DNA from: Candidatus Sumerlaeaceae bacterium | GTDB taxonomy: Bacteria; Sumerlaeota; Sumerlaeia; Sumerlaeales; Sumerlaeaceae | Length of the DNA: 64,000 bases | Assembly: GCA_051003195.1 (NCBI GenBank) | Contig: JBPCLP010000033.1 | Coordinates: forward strand, 34,821-98,820 | Direction: 5' to 3' | Shown here: piece by piece, positions 37,219 through 47,476 of the stretch | Layout: each line of letters opens with the position of its first letter | Position numbering within the stretch: position 1 is the first letter of the stretch | Notes under the pieces: generated by a model | Seen by the model: the letters and a program-made list of their open reading frames with translations, nothing else | The model's database searches: none | Told to the model about the DNA's origin: nothing | Translations under genes and position numbers: made by a program

Positions 37219-38829
37219 TCACTCAGGGTCTGCGTAAATCCGGAAGTCCAGGAACGGAAAGATATTATCCTTCCACTCCAGCTCGCTCACGTAATTCGTA
37301 TCTACGTGACCACCTTTGATCGCAAAGTACAAATCGTTGAACCGCGCCACGTGATCCTTTGTACGCTTCACTGCATATTCAACCATCGTGTTCGTCTTCA
37401 TGATGAAAGCCCAGTCGCTGCTCTCCGCCAGCAGCACCTCACGCGCGCATTGATTTAGCGCACGTTGCATCAGCTCGTCGGATGTGTCGCGGTGCGTGTT
37501 GGCCAGTTCGACCATTCGCTCCTCGATCTTGTGCAGGTGACGATAGATCCAGTCATTGCTGCCCTCCAGCCATACCTCGCTGTAGCCCTTATGGCCCCAG
37601 CTTGAGAACGACGGTACCGCCACCTGGTTTTGCGGATACATCTGCAGGTATTCGCTGGGAGTACACAAATCCAGGTTGCTCTGGTCGAAGTGAATCTTTC
37701 GAAGCAGGAAATTCAGAAACTCCGGCCCCTCGTACCACCAGTGTCCATACAGCTCCGCATCGTACGGCGACACGATGATCGGTTTGCGATCCATCAGCCC
37801 GGCCAGGTACTCAACCTGCTTCTCGCGATTGTACATGAAGTTGCCCGCGTGGCTGGCTGCTCTTTCGCGCGCCACATGCTCATTATACGGCTCTTTATGC
37901 GGCGACTTGCCAGTGATCCTGTAGTACTTCATGCCCGTGTTGACGCGGAGGCCGCTCTCATGGATGTATGGCTTGATGTAATCGTAATCCAGATCGAACC
38001 CGATGTCGCGATAAAACTCGCGATAGTTCAGGTCTCCGGGGTAACCTTCTTCCGCGCTCCACACGGCCTTGCTGCTGTCGGCATCGCGCCCAAAAGCCGC
38101 CACGCCCGTAGGACAATACAGCGGCGCATACACACCGTATTTTGGCCGCTTATTCGCATAGAGAATACCATGGGTGTCGACGAAGAAAAACCGGATGCCG
38201 TTCTCGGAAAGGTGCTCATCCAGGCCCGGGAAGTAGCCGCATTCGCCGTTCCAGATGCCGCGCGGCGGACGCCCGAATGCGATCTCATAACTCTCCCGCG
38301 CGGCGGCTATCTGCGCGCGAACCGCATTGCGGTTGGTCTGCATCAGCGGCATGAAACCGTGCGTTGCTCCACAGGTGATGATCTCCAGCACACCGTGGTC
38401 CTGAAGCGCTTTGAAACCAGTAAGCAGGTTGCGGTGGTACTCGGTCGCAAACGTGTGCAGGCACGACGAAAACTTCCGTTTATACATCTTGGCAAGCTCA
38501 TGAAATTCCGGCTGAAACTGTGTGCGCACCATTTCTTTTTCGGACAACTCAATCAGCCGCTCCATGTGGTGCACGTAACGATTCTGTAGAAGCTCATCGC
38601 CCAGCATTGCGGCCAGCGGGGGAGTGATACTCATAGTGAGTCGGAAATCCACCCCGTCACGTGCCAGGCCGTTCATCATCTGAAGCAGGGGGATATAAGT
38701 CTCGGTAATGGCCTCGTAGAACCAGTCTTCTTCCAGGAAGTCCTCGAACTCAGGATGACGGACAAAGGGAAGATGTGCGTGAAGCACCATGCACAGCATG
38801 CCTTTGGCCTTCTCTTTACCTTTCAACAA
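37219..38829 (-). CDS. GH57 1,4-alpha-glucan branching enzyme (DUF1957 domain)
   Basis: VLHAHLPFVRHP, EAITETYIPL, ATHGFMP, GIWNGECGY, PYDAELYGHWWYEG and REVLLAESSDWAFI motifs. Confidence 0.93.
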   Translation of the reverse strand: MLKGKEKAKGMLCMVLHAHLPFVRHPEFEDFLEEDWFYEAITETYIPLLQMMNGLARDGVDFRLTMSITPPLAAMLGDELLQNRYVHHMERLIELSEKEMVRTQFQPEFHELAKMYKRKFSSCLHTFATEYHRNLLTGFKALQDHGVLEIITCGATHGFMPLMQTNRNAVRAQIAAARESYEIAFGRPPRGIWNGECGYFPGLDEHLSENGIRFFFVDTHGILYANKRPKYGVYAPLYCPTGVAAFGRDADSSKAVWSAEEGYPGDLNYREFYRDIGFDLDYDYIKPYIHESGLRVNTGMKYYRITGKSPHKEPYNEHVARERAASHAGNFMYNREKQVEYLAGLMDRKPIIVSPYDAELYGHWWYEGPEFLNFLLRKIHFDQSNLDLCTPSEYLQMYPQNQVAVPSFSSWGHKGYSEVWLEGSNDWIYRHLHKIEERMVELANTHRDTSDELMQRALNQCAREVLLAESSDWAFIMKTNTMVEYAVKRTKDHVARFNDLYFAIKGGHVDTNYVSELEWKDNIFPFLDFRIYADPE

Positions 38830-39094
38830 ACGGCGGTTCTCCTGGTGTCCGGTGCGAGATTTTGCTCAATAACGCAAACGGTTCTATATCTCATTTCGCT
38901 ACAGAGACAGAGACCCAAAAGCGGCTCTGCAAGTCTGTTGTTTTAGGATGCGAACGGTGTGCCGAAGCATTGGTGCCGCAAGCCTGATAAGCGGATCCAA
39001 CCCCTCGTTCGAGCTGCTGCAAGTTGGACCGGTGCAAACATCTGGCAGTCCGCCGCTACATGGAACGCATGCTTCTTTTGAAAATTGTACCCGC

Positions 39095-39125
39095 AAAAAA
39101 ATCGCCCGGCGGCTGTCCGGGCGAT
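39095..39125 (-). terminator. intrinsic terminator
   Basis: ATCGCCCGG-N7-CCGGGCGAT followed by a U-run on the minus strand. Confidence 0.8.
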
Positions 39126-39148
39126 GGTCACTCAATTTATACCGTACT

Positions 39149-39598
39149 TTAAGGATTTGATGGTTGAGACGTCGGGCTTGTGCCGGAATCCACCGCACCC
39201 TGGCGCTGCGCACGCAATGCTGATGCTCGGTCCGCCCGAAGTTTCTGTAGTTTTTCCTTCTCTTCCGGCGTGATGAGCTTGTCCCGCTCCTGACGAATCT
39301 CCACGAGATCCACCTTTTCGCCGCTCGCCTGCGCAGAGACTGCCTTCATATCCAGTTCTTTTAGTTTTTGAATCCTGTCCTCAGGCACCCCTGCCTGCCG
39401 GTACTGTTCACCCAGTCGGCTCCACAAGCGTTCAACGGTAGATGTTGTCATGGTCCTGGTGCGCGGCGGCATTGATCCCGTCCCGGTGCTGGAAGCATCC
39501 ATACCGCTTACGGTGGATGTGGTCCCAGTCGACTGTGCATCAGCCGCAATCGGCAATGCGCAAACCACCAGCCCTGCCGCGAGTACTAAGTACCTCAT
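39149..39598 (-). CDS. secreted helical protein, possibly Spy/CpxP (LTxxQ)-like
   Basis: SD GGAGG; signal peptide; C-terminal LITPEEKEKL resembles the LTxxQ motif. Confidence 0.65.
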   Translation of the reverse strand: MRYLVLAAGLVVCALPIAADAQSTGTTSTVSGMDASSTGTGSMPPRTRTMTTSTVERLWSRLGEQYRQAGVPEDRIQKLKELDMKAVSAQASGEKVDLVEIRQERDKLITPEEKEKLQKLRADRASALRAQRQGAVDSGTSPTSQPSNP

Positions 39599-39679
39599 GA
39601 GTTCCTCCAATGCAATTCTCTGGTAACGCTTCGCGCGCCGCATCAGCCCAAACGCAACTGAATTTCACTACTGCAAATC

Positions 39680-40375
39680 CTACCAAAGTGTCAGATCCGC
39701 CAGGTTTGCGATCAGTGGTCTGTCACAAAAAAATGCTTCCCCGTAGGAAACATCGATTTGAAACCCAGCCTGCCGCTTGTGACCTAGCAGCCGGTCCTTG
39801 TACCCGGGAATGGCACCGTACTGCGAGTCGTACTTGCCCGCCAGCTCAAGCCACCGTTCATGAACGTTCGTCACATCCACCACGAAGCTTGGCTTTAACT
39901 GCGGCGGTAACAGGTAATACGCCACATTCGGAATCCAGAACGGATCGTTGCTGGTTTCGACATTCTTAAAACGGCACATCCGAAACGAGTTTCGAACAAT
40001 GCGTCCTGTCGCTTCATGGTCATGATGCATAATCGGGAAATCGTAGTATTGCGCCAGTATGATACGGGGTCGGATATCGCGGATCGCGGTGATCATGCGA
40101 ATGCGGGCCTCGTAGTTGTCCTCGATTTTCGTATCCTCGAAATCCAGCCACCGCACTTCAGCCCCGATATACTCGGCCGCCGCGAGAGCTTCTTCGTCAC
40201 GCTTAGTTCGGCTGCCGAAAGTTCCTGCCTCGCCGTGGGTCATGTGAACCATGCAAATCGATTTGCCCTGGTCGGCAAGGTGCAGCATCGTTCCGCCAAT
40301 GGCGTGCTCCACATCGTCCGGATGCGCGCCGATCGCCATCACATCGAATCGATATTCCTGCTCAGGGACTGGCAT
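39680..40375 (-). CDS. PIG-L/LmbE family deacetylase (BshB1-like)
   Basis: AIGAHPDDVE, THGEAGT..R..E, HHDH, VVDVT and YGEAF motifs. Confidence 0.9.
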   Translation of the reverse strand: MPVPEQEYRFDVMAIGAHPDDVEHAIGGTMLHLADQGKSICMVHMTHGEAGTFGSRTKRDEEALAAAEYIGAEVRWLDFEDTKIEDNYEARIRMITAIRDIRPRIILAQYYDFPIMHHDHEATGRIVRNSFRMCRFKNVETSNDPFWIPNVAYYLLPPQLKPSFVVDVTNVHERWLELAGKYDSQYGAIPGYKDRLLGHKRQAGFQIDVSYGEAFFCDRPLIANLADLTLW

Positions 40376-40434
40376 GGGCCATTCTGCTCGTCATAGTACC
40401 AACCGATGTCATGCGCGTGATTTCATTATTTCCA

Positions 40435-42180
40435 TCACTTAAGCATGTCGCCCAGCACCACACCCTGTGACGAAGCAGGTGCGCTGATTCCGAGCATCAC
40501 CGACAGCGTCGGTGCGATATCCCGCACATCCACGCGCTTCGTGTATAGCCCCGGCCGAATCATCGAGCCGGCAAATACCATGGGGACATGGGTATCGTAA
40601 TTAAAGCCTGTACCGTGCGTGCTTCCGGTATTGTTCCGGGTCGGATACCAGAACGGCTTGGATAGCAGCAGCACGTCCCCGCTGCGCTCGGGGTGAAATC
40701 CGTTATAAACGCTTTCCGATATTTGCGACGGCAAAAGCTGGTGGTTTTGAATCTCGTCGCGAGTATATGCCGCAAAAATGCCCGGCATGCCCCGCAATCT
40801 CAGGGCAATCGCCTTTCGCGCTTCTGCGGCATCAATTGCGCGCTCCTGCAGCAGCGACTGCCGAAAGTAAATAAACGGCTCTCCCATCTGGACGATGTTG
40901 CTCGTGTCCTTATCTGGAAAGCGTGTCGCGAGTGCTTCCTCGGCTGCGTTCGTAAGTAACGAACCGTCATACCGTCCGGCGTCCAGCTTCATGCCCTGTC
41001 CCGCATATTCAGCAAGAGGAGCCGCACCATGATCCGCCGTCACCACCACCACCACGCTATCCAATCCGCCGGAAATTTCGAGACGCAGAAAGTTGAGAAA
41101 ATCCGCCATGTAGCGGTCGGTGCGGAGCGTCATGTCCTGCACCTCTGCGCTGTTCGGCCCATACACATGACCTATGTAATCATTGGGGGAGAAGCTGAGG
41201 CATAAAATGTCGGGAATCGCATCTGCACCGAGTTCTTCATCCACCACCGCCATTTTCGCCGTTTCGAAAATCATCTCGTTTGCAAAGGGCGTGTACGGCA
41301 GGCGTTCGAAGTAATTGGTGTCCGGCTTCGTCGAGCTGTCTGAAAGCTTTTTCGGGAAAGTTGCATCCATCCCGCGCGCATTACCAGCGCCTTTAAATCC
41401 TTCGGGGTGGCTTCGCGCATAGTTCTCCTTGGGCAACAGGTAGTCCCATTCTTTGCCAAACCATCGCTCCGAAATTCGTTCCTGGTTTGCGCGGGCTGCA
41501 AACTTCGGCAGTGTACCCGTTGTGTAGTACGAACTTGTAACCCACCTGCCTATCCCCGAGTCATACCACACCACGCCGTTGGGATTATGCCCTGCCATCA
41601 ATATGGCGCCGCGATCCTTTATCGCAATTCCAACTACCTTCGACTGAAAATTATTGGACATCCGCAGTGAATCGCATACCGTGTCAGCAAGCAGGTTAGT
41701 CGGACCGCTCCCGCCGCGCTGCATTGGACGTTGAGGACCACCGATGGTGCGCAGTGAGTTATCTTCCACGCAGTTCAATGAGCGACAATCCGTCGTCAGC
41801 CATTCGTTGCCCACAATTCCACTGCCGTTCGGAGCAGCGCCCGTCATGATCGTAGCGTGTCCAGGACCCGTGTGCATCGGAACGTGGTTATAGTGTGCAT
41901 CCACATGGAACGCTCCGTGCTCGAGCAAGTAGCGAAAGCCGCCTACCGAACCGCCCGCTCCAGCCGCAGGCACAAACAAATCCGAAAAACGGGTCAGGTA
42001 ATCTGCACGGAACTGATCAAAGCTCATCACGACAACAAGCCGCGGATAATCGTGGTCCAGCAGCGACGTCAGTGTTTCCCGGGATTGCGGCTCCGAATCC
42101 GGAAATGCACTTGCGGCACCCACACTCAGTCCGATGAACAATACGCAAATATTACGCAGGCTGCGCAAACCAACCCTCAT
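40435..42180 (-). CDS. alkaline phosphatase family protein (PafA-type), secreted
   Basis: LVVVMSFDQFRADYL, TGPGHATI.TG, KDRGAIL.AGH, DYIGHVYGP, TADHG and THG...YDTHVP motifs; signal peptide from the ATG at 42180. Confidence 0.92.
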   Translation of the reverse strand: MRVGLRSLRNICVLFIGLSVGAASAFPDSEPQSRETLTSLLDHDYPRLVVVMSFDQFRADYLTRFSDLFVPAAGAGGSVGGFRYLLEHGAFHVDAHYNHVPMHTGPGHATIMTGAAPNGSGIVGNEWLTTDCRSLNCVEDNSLRTIGGPQRPMQRGGSGPTNLLADTVCDSLRMSNNFQSKVVGIAIKDRGAILMAGHNPNGVVWYDSGIGRWVTSSYYTTGTLPKFAARANQERISERWFGKEWDYLLPKENYARSHPEGFKGAGNARGMDATFPKKLSDSSTKPDTNYFERLPYTPFANEMIFETAKMAVVDEELGADAIPDILCLSFSPNDYIGHVYGPNSAEVQDMTLRTDRYMADFLNFLRLEISGGLDSVVVVVTADHGAAPLAEYAGQGMKLDAGRYDGSLLTNAAEEALATRFPDKDTSNIVQMGEPFIYFRQSLLQERAIDAAEARKAIALRLRGMPGIFAAYTRDEIQNHQLLPSQISESVYNGFHPERSGDVLLLSKPFWYPTRNNTGSTHGTGFNYDTHVPMVFAGSMIRPGLYTKRVDVRDIAPTLSVMLGISAPASSQGVVLGDMLK

Positions 42181-42304
42181 CCGCTTGTCTCCCGATGCCT
42201 TATCCTCCGGTTTGTGGAAGACACATACCACCGACGCAAGCCCAGAGACGCACATCGCTAATTTTCCTTTATTTGTGCCACGGCGCAATGACTTGGTACC
42301 GACA

Positions 42305-42841
42305 ATGCTCGCCCGCTCCCAGAGGATTCTCGCAGGTATCGAACTTTTCGCGCTCGCGCTATGGGTCGGCGGGTTGTTTTTTCTGCTTTGGTTCGCCTCG
42401 CCTGTCGTCGCCATGGTTTTCCCTGATGACAAGGACACCACCTGGCGCATGATGAACGCCTTCTACGCGCGATTTGGGCCGCTCGAGGCCATTTTCGGAG
42501 TCGTCGTACTGGTTTCGAACTTCCTGAAGCTTGTTGTATTTCGGGGCCTCAATGAAATGCAGCGCATTGCCGTCATGATCTCAGCCGTCATGCTGACAAT
42601 CGCGGTATTCAGCGCGTTCCAGATCCGCCCACTGCTTGACGAAAAACGCGCTGCTTTCCCCAGCCTGAATCAACCTGCGCCGAGCACCACCGAGGAGATT
42701 GCAGCGTTCCAGAAGATGCGCACGCGATACGAAGTGTTCTTAAAGGGAAACCTGCTTCTCGGGCTGTTCATGCTTTATGCCTACCGCTCCTTCGAGGAAC
42801 GCAAACTTCAGGCGATCACCAAGATTTTAAAAGCGCCATAG
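42305..42841 (+). CDS. DUF4149/TMEM205-like membrane protein
   Basis: LWVGG..F..FASP..F pattern and four hydrophobic helices. Confidence 0.65.
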   Translation: MLARSQRILAGIELFALALWVGGLFFLLWFASPVVAMVFPDDKDTTWRMMNAFYARFGPLEAIFGVVVLVSNFLKLVVFRGLNEMQRIAVMISAVMLTIAVFSAFQIRPLLDEKRAAFPSLNQPAPSTTEEIAAFQKMRTRYEVFLKGNLLLGLFMLYAYRSFEERKLQAITKILKAP

Positions 42842-42858
42842 GCGGCAGGTCGCAACAC

Positions 42859-43917
42859 CTACACTCCTTTGCTGGCAGCCGCCCCTTCCCCGCACAACGC
42901 CCGCTTCAGCCGATCGACATTATAATGTATCAGCTTCTCGTAGCTGTTCCGCTCGGGCGCCAGCTCGCCGCCATATGGGTCCAGCACATCCACTTCAGCT
43001 CCCACTTCCCGCGCAATCACCTCGGCAATCTGCGGGTTCAATTGCGGCTCAGAGAACACGGTCCTGATTTTCATCCGCCGCAGTTCAGTCGTCAGCGCCT
43101 TTACATACTTCTCCGACGGCGTTTTTCCCGGGTATTCTTCAATCACGCCTGCGATTGAAAGTCCATAGCGTGCTGCCAGGTAAGGGTACGCATTATGAAA
43201 AGAAACAAAGCTGCGGCTGCTGCACTCTGCCAGCGCGCGGCTGCAGTTCGCATCCAGGGTCGAAAGACGCTGAACGTATGCTGCCGCATTGTGCGCGTAC
43301 GTCGCCGATCCTTCAGGATCCGCCGCAGCCAGTGCCGATCGTATCTCCTCAACCGATGCTTTGGCCAGCTCAACGTCCAGCCAATAGTGCGGATTTGTTC
43401 CCTCGTGATCGTGCGCGTGGTCATGTCCTTCATGAGTATCATGTCCGGCTTCCGCAGCTTCTTCATGCCCAATCTCGCGAAGGCCTGCCGTCGCGCTGGT
43501 CAGGTCCGGGAGTTTGTGGTCCGCTGCAAGCAGGTCGCCCAGTGCCAGCACCTGGATTTTTTCACCCGCGGCGCTGGTCAATCGGTTACCCCAATCATCC
43601 ATCTTCAACCCGACCTTGATAAAAAGCCGCGCATGCGCAAGTTTCCGGATCTCCGACGGCGTAGGATCAAACGTATGCGGACTTCGCCCGGCCGGCAATA
43701 GAGTCGTTACATGCACCCGCGCGCCGCCAACCTCGCGCGTCCAGTCGGCCAGTGGGAAAATAGTCGCCACCACTTGCAGCTTGCCATTAGCACTGCGATG
43801 CCCAGCATCATCACGATTCAGGGAATCACAGCCCGAAATTGTTAAACAGATAACAACCCATGAAAGAAGCAAACCTGCAATTGGGAGCCTGGTCCTGCTA
43901 CGGCCAGAAGATTTCAC
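42859..43917 (-). CDS. Zn/Mn ABC transporter substrate-binding lipoprotein (ZnuA/TroA family)
   Basis: ISGC lipobox; SPHTFDPTP, His-rich loop, NPHYWLD and FHNAYPY motifs. Confidence 0.92.
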   Translation of the reverse strand: MKSSGRSRTRLPIAGLLLSWVVICLTISGCDSLNRDDAGHRSANGKLQVVATIFPLADWTREVGGARVHVTTLLPAGRSPHTFDPTPSEIRKLAHARLFIKVGLKMDDWGNRLTSAAGEKIQVLALGDLLAADHKLPDLTSATAGLREIGHEEAAEAGHDTHEGHDHAHDHEGTNPHYWLDVELAKASVEEIRSALAAADPEGSATYAHNAAAYVQRLSTLDANCSRALAECSSRSFVSFHNAYPYLAARYGLSIAGVIEEYPGKTPSEKYVKALTTELRRMKIRTVFSEPQLNPQIAEVIAREVGAEVDVLDPYGGELAPERNSYEKLIHYNVDRLKRALCGEGAAASKGV

Positions 43918-44039
43918 GTTTAAGGTAGCCCTTTTTAGTCGGTTTTATGTTGCCTTACCGACGGGTGGTTTATAGCCGTGTGGCCATACTGAGGCTTACT
44001 ATTGATATTCTCAGTTCAAATCCGCGCAGGGCAGGATTT

Positions 44040-44444
44040 ATGAGATTGGTTCGAGTTGGAGTTGCAATCGCGCTGGCGATGATAGTGACGGTGCCTACGA
44101 TGGCGCGTGGCCCATTTTACCCTGAGTCCACTGCGGCCCGCAAGTCGCGCAAGTTCGCGCGCGGCTTCGTAAACACTCTCTTCTTCTGGGCGGAAATCCC
44201 CAAGGAAGTGAACCGCGACTGGCAAAACGTCGACCCGCTGACCGGCGTCTTCACCGGCACCGCCAAGGGCGTCTACAAGGGCGGACAGCGCTTCGGCGCT
44301 GGCGTCTACGAGATGGTTACATTCCGCAAGGATCAGCCCGCAAACTACCAGCCGATCGTCTATCCCGAACTGCCGCTTGAAGACGGGTACGACTGGGGCG
44401 CTGAAGAGTACTACGGACAGCAGCGACAGTCGCAGCTTTACTAA
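44040..44444 (+). CDS. exosortase-system-associated protein (TIGR04073-like), paralog 1
   Basis: Signal peptide; KFARGFVN...EIPK...G..KG...R..AGVYE.VTF pattern. Confidence 0.75.
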   Translation: MRLVRVGVAIALAMIVTVPTMARGPFYPESTAARKSRKFARGFVNTLFFWAEIPKEVNRDWQNVDPLTGVFTGTAKGVYKGGQRFGAGVYEMVTFRKDQPANYQPIVYPELPLEDGYDWGAEEYYGQQRQSQLY

Positions 44445-44530
44445 CAACAGGTTTGGTCCCGCGTCAGCGTGACCTTGATGCAGGAAGTACGCAGTCCAAA
44501 TTCAGTCAGATGCCGCAGGGAGGCCGCACC

Positions 44531-44953
44531 ATGTTCCTTAAGCGTTTTTCTTTTCTCGTCGTAGCGGTGGCAGCTATCACCATCTCATCTACTCCTGGCA
44601 TCGCCCAGCAGTACGGTGATGAGTACCGCGACAACAGCGCCTTCGGGCGTATGCAGACCAAGCTGGGCCGCGGTCTCGCTAACCTGTTCACCGGCGCCGT
44701 CGAAGTTCCAAAGAACATCAGCCGCGAATGGCGCAAAAGCGATCCCGCAACCGGCATCATTGTTGGTGGCGTAAAGGGAATCGGCTGGGCTGCCACGCGC
44801 ATGGCTGTCGGCGCCTTCGAGACCGTCACTTTTCCGGTGCCGGTTCCCGCCAACTACGAGCCAATGATGAACCCGGCAACACCGCTGCCCGACGTCTGGG
44901 GCGAGCAGCTGCCCTACTTCGATCGCGACGGGGATCCGCGCATTACGCTTTAA
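44531..44953 (+). CDS. exosortase-system-associated protein (TIGR04073-like), paralog 2
   Basis: SD GGAGG; signal peptide; KLGRGLANLFTG.VEVPKNI...KGIG....RM.VGAFETVTFPVP. Confidence 0.8.
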   Translation: MFLKRFSFLVVAVAAITISSTPGIAQQYGDEYRDNSAFGRMQTKLGRGLANLFTGAVEVPKNISREWRKSDPATGIIVGGVKGIGWAATRMAVGAFETVTFPVPVPANYEPMMNPATPLPDVWGEQLPYFDRDGDPRITL

Positions 44954-45092
44954 CGATAATTCGTATCGTCTCAACATCGGCGCGACCGGCTCAACCGGTC
45001 GCGCCGATTTCGCTTTTATGCCCGATGAAAACGAATTCTCGACGCGTGCATAACTTCAACTTTTGTTCCGAACTGTATATGAAACTGTGACC

Positions 45093-46253
45093 ATGGACGA
45101 CGAAATCCGCGAGACCCAGTGCCCGAAGTGCGGGCAACTGTCGCGCAACCCCGAGGTTTGCGAAGCCTGCGGCGCAGTGCTGACCCGCATGCGAGGCCGC
45201 AGCTATGCGGAGGATTTGACCGCGTCCGATCCGATTTCCCGTGCCGAATCCCGCGAGCATCGCTATACCCAAATTGCGCAGGAGAAACCCAGGCGCCCAT
45301 GGCTCACCATCGGTGCCATTGCCGCGGCCGCGGCAGCCGCTGCCGGTGGTTTCTATTACTTCAATCTGCGCGATACTACGTCGCCCAACCGCGTAAAGAA
45401 AGCAGCAGCGGCAACCCCTGCGCATCCCCCACAGGCTAAGCAAACGCTCACCGCCGAGGAAGGTCCCAGCGGCGCAATCACCATCCGTGCCAGGGCGCAG
45501 TCTCGCTCTGCAAAGCTGACACCCGCTTTCGACGCCACCGAGCTCATTGACCGTCTCGGAAAATCGCTGAAATCCAACATACCTGAACTTTCGAAAGCTA
45601 CTCCGACGCCGACGCCGACGCCCGCACCTGCCGCTGCCTCCGTCACCGAAATTTCGAATCGCGCGGTCGCGGCAGTCACCGACCTGAAGAGCATCCTGCA
45701 GTCTTCCGCCGCCAACCAGTCTCCAACTACCACAAGCCCGGAGCTTGCGGCCTTCTCCACACGCGAGGCCCCGGTCACCATTGACCTCCACGAAGAATTG
45801 TTCGTGACCGGTCGGGGTGCGACTCGCCCCAAAATGGTGCAGCGCCCCGTGCCGCGGCCGATGATTGAAACCCCTAAAACCATCGGCGGAATCGCCTTGC
45901 TGCAAGATCCCGCGTCCGGCGCCGCAGCCGGTTCGGTCATTCCCATCACCGGCGCTTCGTTTCCCTCCCAGGTGCTTGCCCACGCCGGGACTCCCGTGCT
46001 CGTGGACTTTTATGCCGCGTGGTGCGGCCCGTGCCGAAGGCTCGCACCGAGCGTCGAGCTGGTGGCCAGCGAGTTCGGCCATAAACTTAAAGTCGTCAAA
46101 CTCGACATCGACGAAAATCCCGACATCACCACACACTACAACGTGCGCGCCTTTCCGACACTCGTCCTCTTCAAAGGCGGCCGCGAAGTAAACCGCGCCG
46201 TCGGCGTCATCCCTATCGAGCAACTCCGCTCACTCGTCCAGGCACAACTCTAG
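45093..46253 (+). CDS. zinc-ribbon + TM + long linker + thioredoxin (WCGPC)
   Basis: CPKCG..CEACG ribbon; TM WLTIGAIAAAAAAAAGGFYYF; Pro/Thr-rich linker; VLVDFYAAWCGPCR. Confidence 0.88.
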   Translation: MDDEIRETQCPKCGQLSRNPEVCEACGAVLTRMRGRSYAEDLTASDPISRAESREHRYTQIAQEKPRRPWLTIGAIAAAAAAAAGGFYYFNLRDTTSPNRVKKAAAATPAHPPQAKQTLTAEEGPSGAITIRARAQSRSAKLTPAFDATELIDRLGKSLKSNIPELSKATPTPTPTPAPAAASVTEISNRAVAAVTDLKSILQSSAANQSPTTTSPELAAFSTREAPVTIDLHEELFVTGRGATRPKMVQRPVPRPMIETPKTIGGIALLQDPASGAAAGSVIPITGASFPSQVLAHAGTPVLVDFYAAWCGPCRRLAPSVELVASEFGHKLKVVKLDIDENPDITTHYNVRAFPTLVLFKGGREVNRAVGVIPIEQLRSLVQAQL

Positions 46254-46399
46254 AAGAGTAGCTCCACTCCTCTGCTTGCTGTTAATGCCGTACTCTCGAT
46301 CACCGCAAATTCAACTAAGTGCTTAACCTTCGTCTGTACTTCTGAAACATGCGACTCTGATCGCCGCTAAGTTTTATCCTTCTTCCTCTTCTTTCTTTT

Positions 46400-47347
46400 C
46401 TACTCCAGCCCCTCCAGCTCTTCCCGCGCCGCGGCCTTCAATTCCGCGTCATCCGTGGTCTTGATCGCAAGTCGGTAAAACTCCCGCGCCTTATCCTTCT
46501 GCTTCAGATTCTTGTGCGTCGCCGCAATGTTCATTATAACCACTGCATCGCGCGGACGCACCGCATGCGCGCGCAACAGGCACTCCAGCACCCTGGCGTC
46601 ATCTTCCAGCGCACTATAGTAGATCGCCTCATCGTTGTACGCATAGGGGTGTTTCGGGTACAGCTCCTGCGCCAGCCGCGCCACCTTCAGCAGAAACTCC
46701 ATCCCTTCGGATGTCTGCTCATCATTGCCACGAACCGCGTACGCGTGCAGCGTGCGTGGCATAAAATCCTCCGCCTTATCCTTCAGTGGCTCGTCAAAGC
46801 GCGTTTGCAGGCCCTTGGGATGCTCGTGCACATACTTCGCGAACTGCCGCAGAGTCTCAAATGCGCCATCCAGGTCCTGCGCCTGCATCTGCACATGCGT
46901 CGCGCCCATCCAGATGTCTGTCCGCTGCGGATGCGTCGTTGCGGCATCGCGCAGAACCGACAGCGCGCGTGTCAGTAGCCGGTCGTCATACCGCGGACGC
47001 GTATCGATAAATCCGGCCGTCTCCGTCGTGCCGGATTTCTGCAGCGGGAACACGCCCGCTTCATCCGGTTTTACACCATGCTCCGGCGGCGCCCCTGCGC
47101 TCAGTTCAATCGGAAGCGCCGCTTGCTGGCTGTAGAGGTTGGCCCACGCCACCGCCAACTCGACGTCAGTCCGGCTGGCCGACTGCCACTCCAGCAGCAC
47201 GCGCTCCGCTGCCTTGTAGTCGTCCTTGCTCAACTGGCTGGCGAACTTCGCGTAGCGCTCTGTCTGTTTGGCCTTCGGCAGATCCGCAAATGCTGCCGAT
47301 ACAATCGTCGTCAGGGCGAATACCACAGCCCGCGTTTGCATTTTCAT
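46400..47347 (-). CDS. secreted TPR-containing protein
   Basis: Signal peptide; C-terminal TPR-like units (YPKHPYAYN.., AVVIMNIA..KAREFYRLAI). Confidence 0.7.
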   Translation of the reverse strand: MKMQTRAVVFALTTIVSAAFADLPKAKQTERYAKFASQLSKDDYKAAERVLLEWQSASRTDVELAVAWANLYSQQAALPIELSAGAPPEHGVKPDEAGVFPLQKSGTTETAGFIDTRPRYDDRLLTRALSVLRDAATTHPQRTDIWMGATHVQMQAQDLDGAFETLRQFAKYVHEHPKGLQTRFDEPLKDKAEDFMPRTLHAYAVRGNDEQTSEGMEFLLKVARLAQELYPKHPYAYNDEAIYYSALEDDARVLECLLRAHAVRPRDAVVIMNIAATHKNLKQKDKAREFYRLAIKTTDDAELKAAAREELEGLE

Positions 47348-47476
47348 GCATCCACACGCCCACTACCAGGTCTTAGACATCAAGATGTTTGCGCACGGCG
47401 ACTCCCGACCCGATGAACAGCGCTTACATGTCATGTCCAGTTGAATGGATGCTGCGCTCGCGAGTCTCTCACCAGC

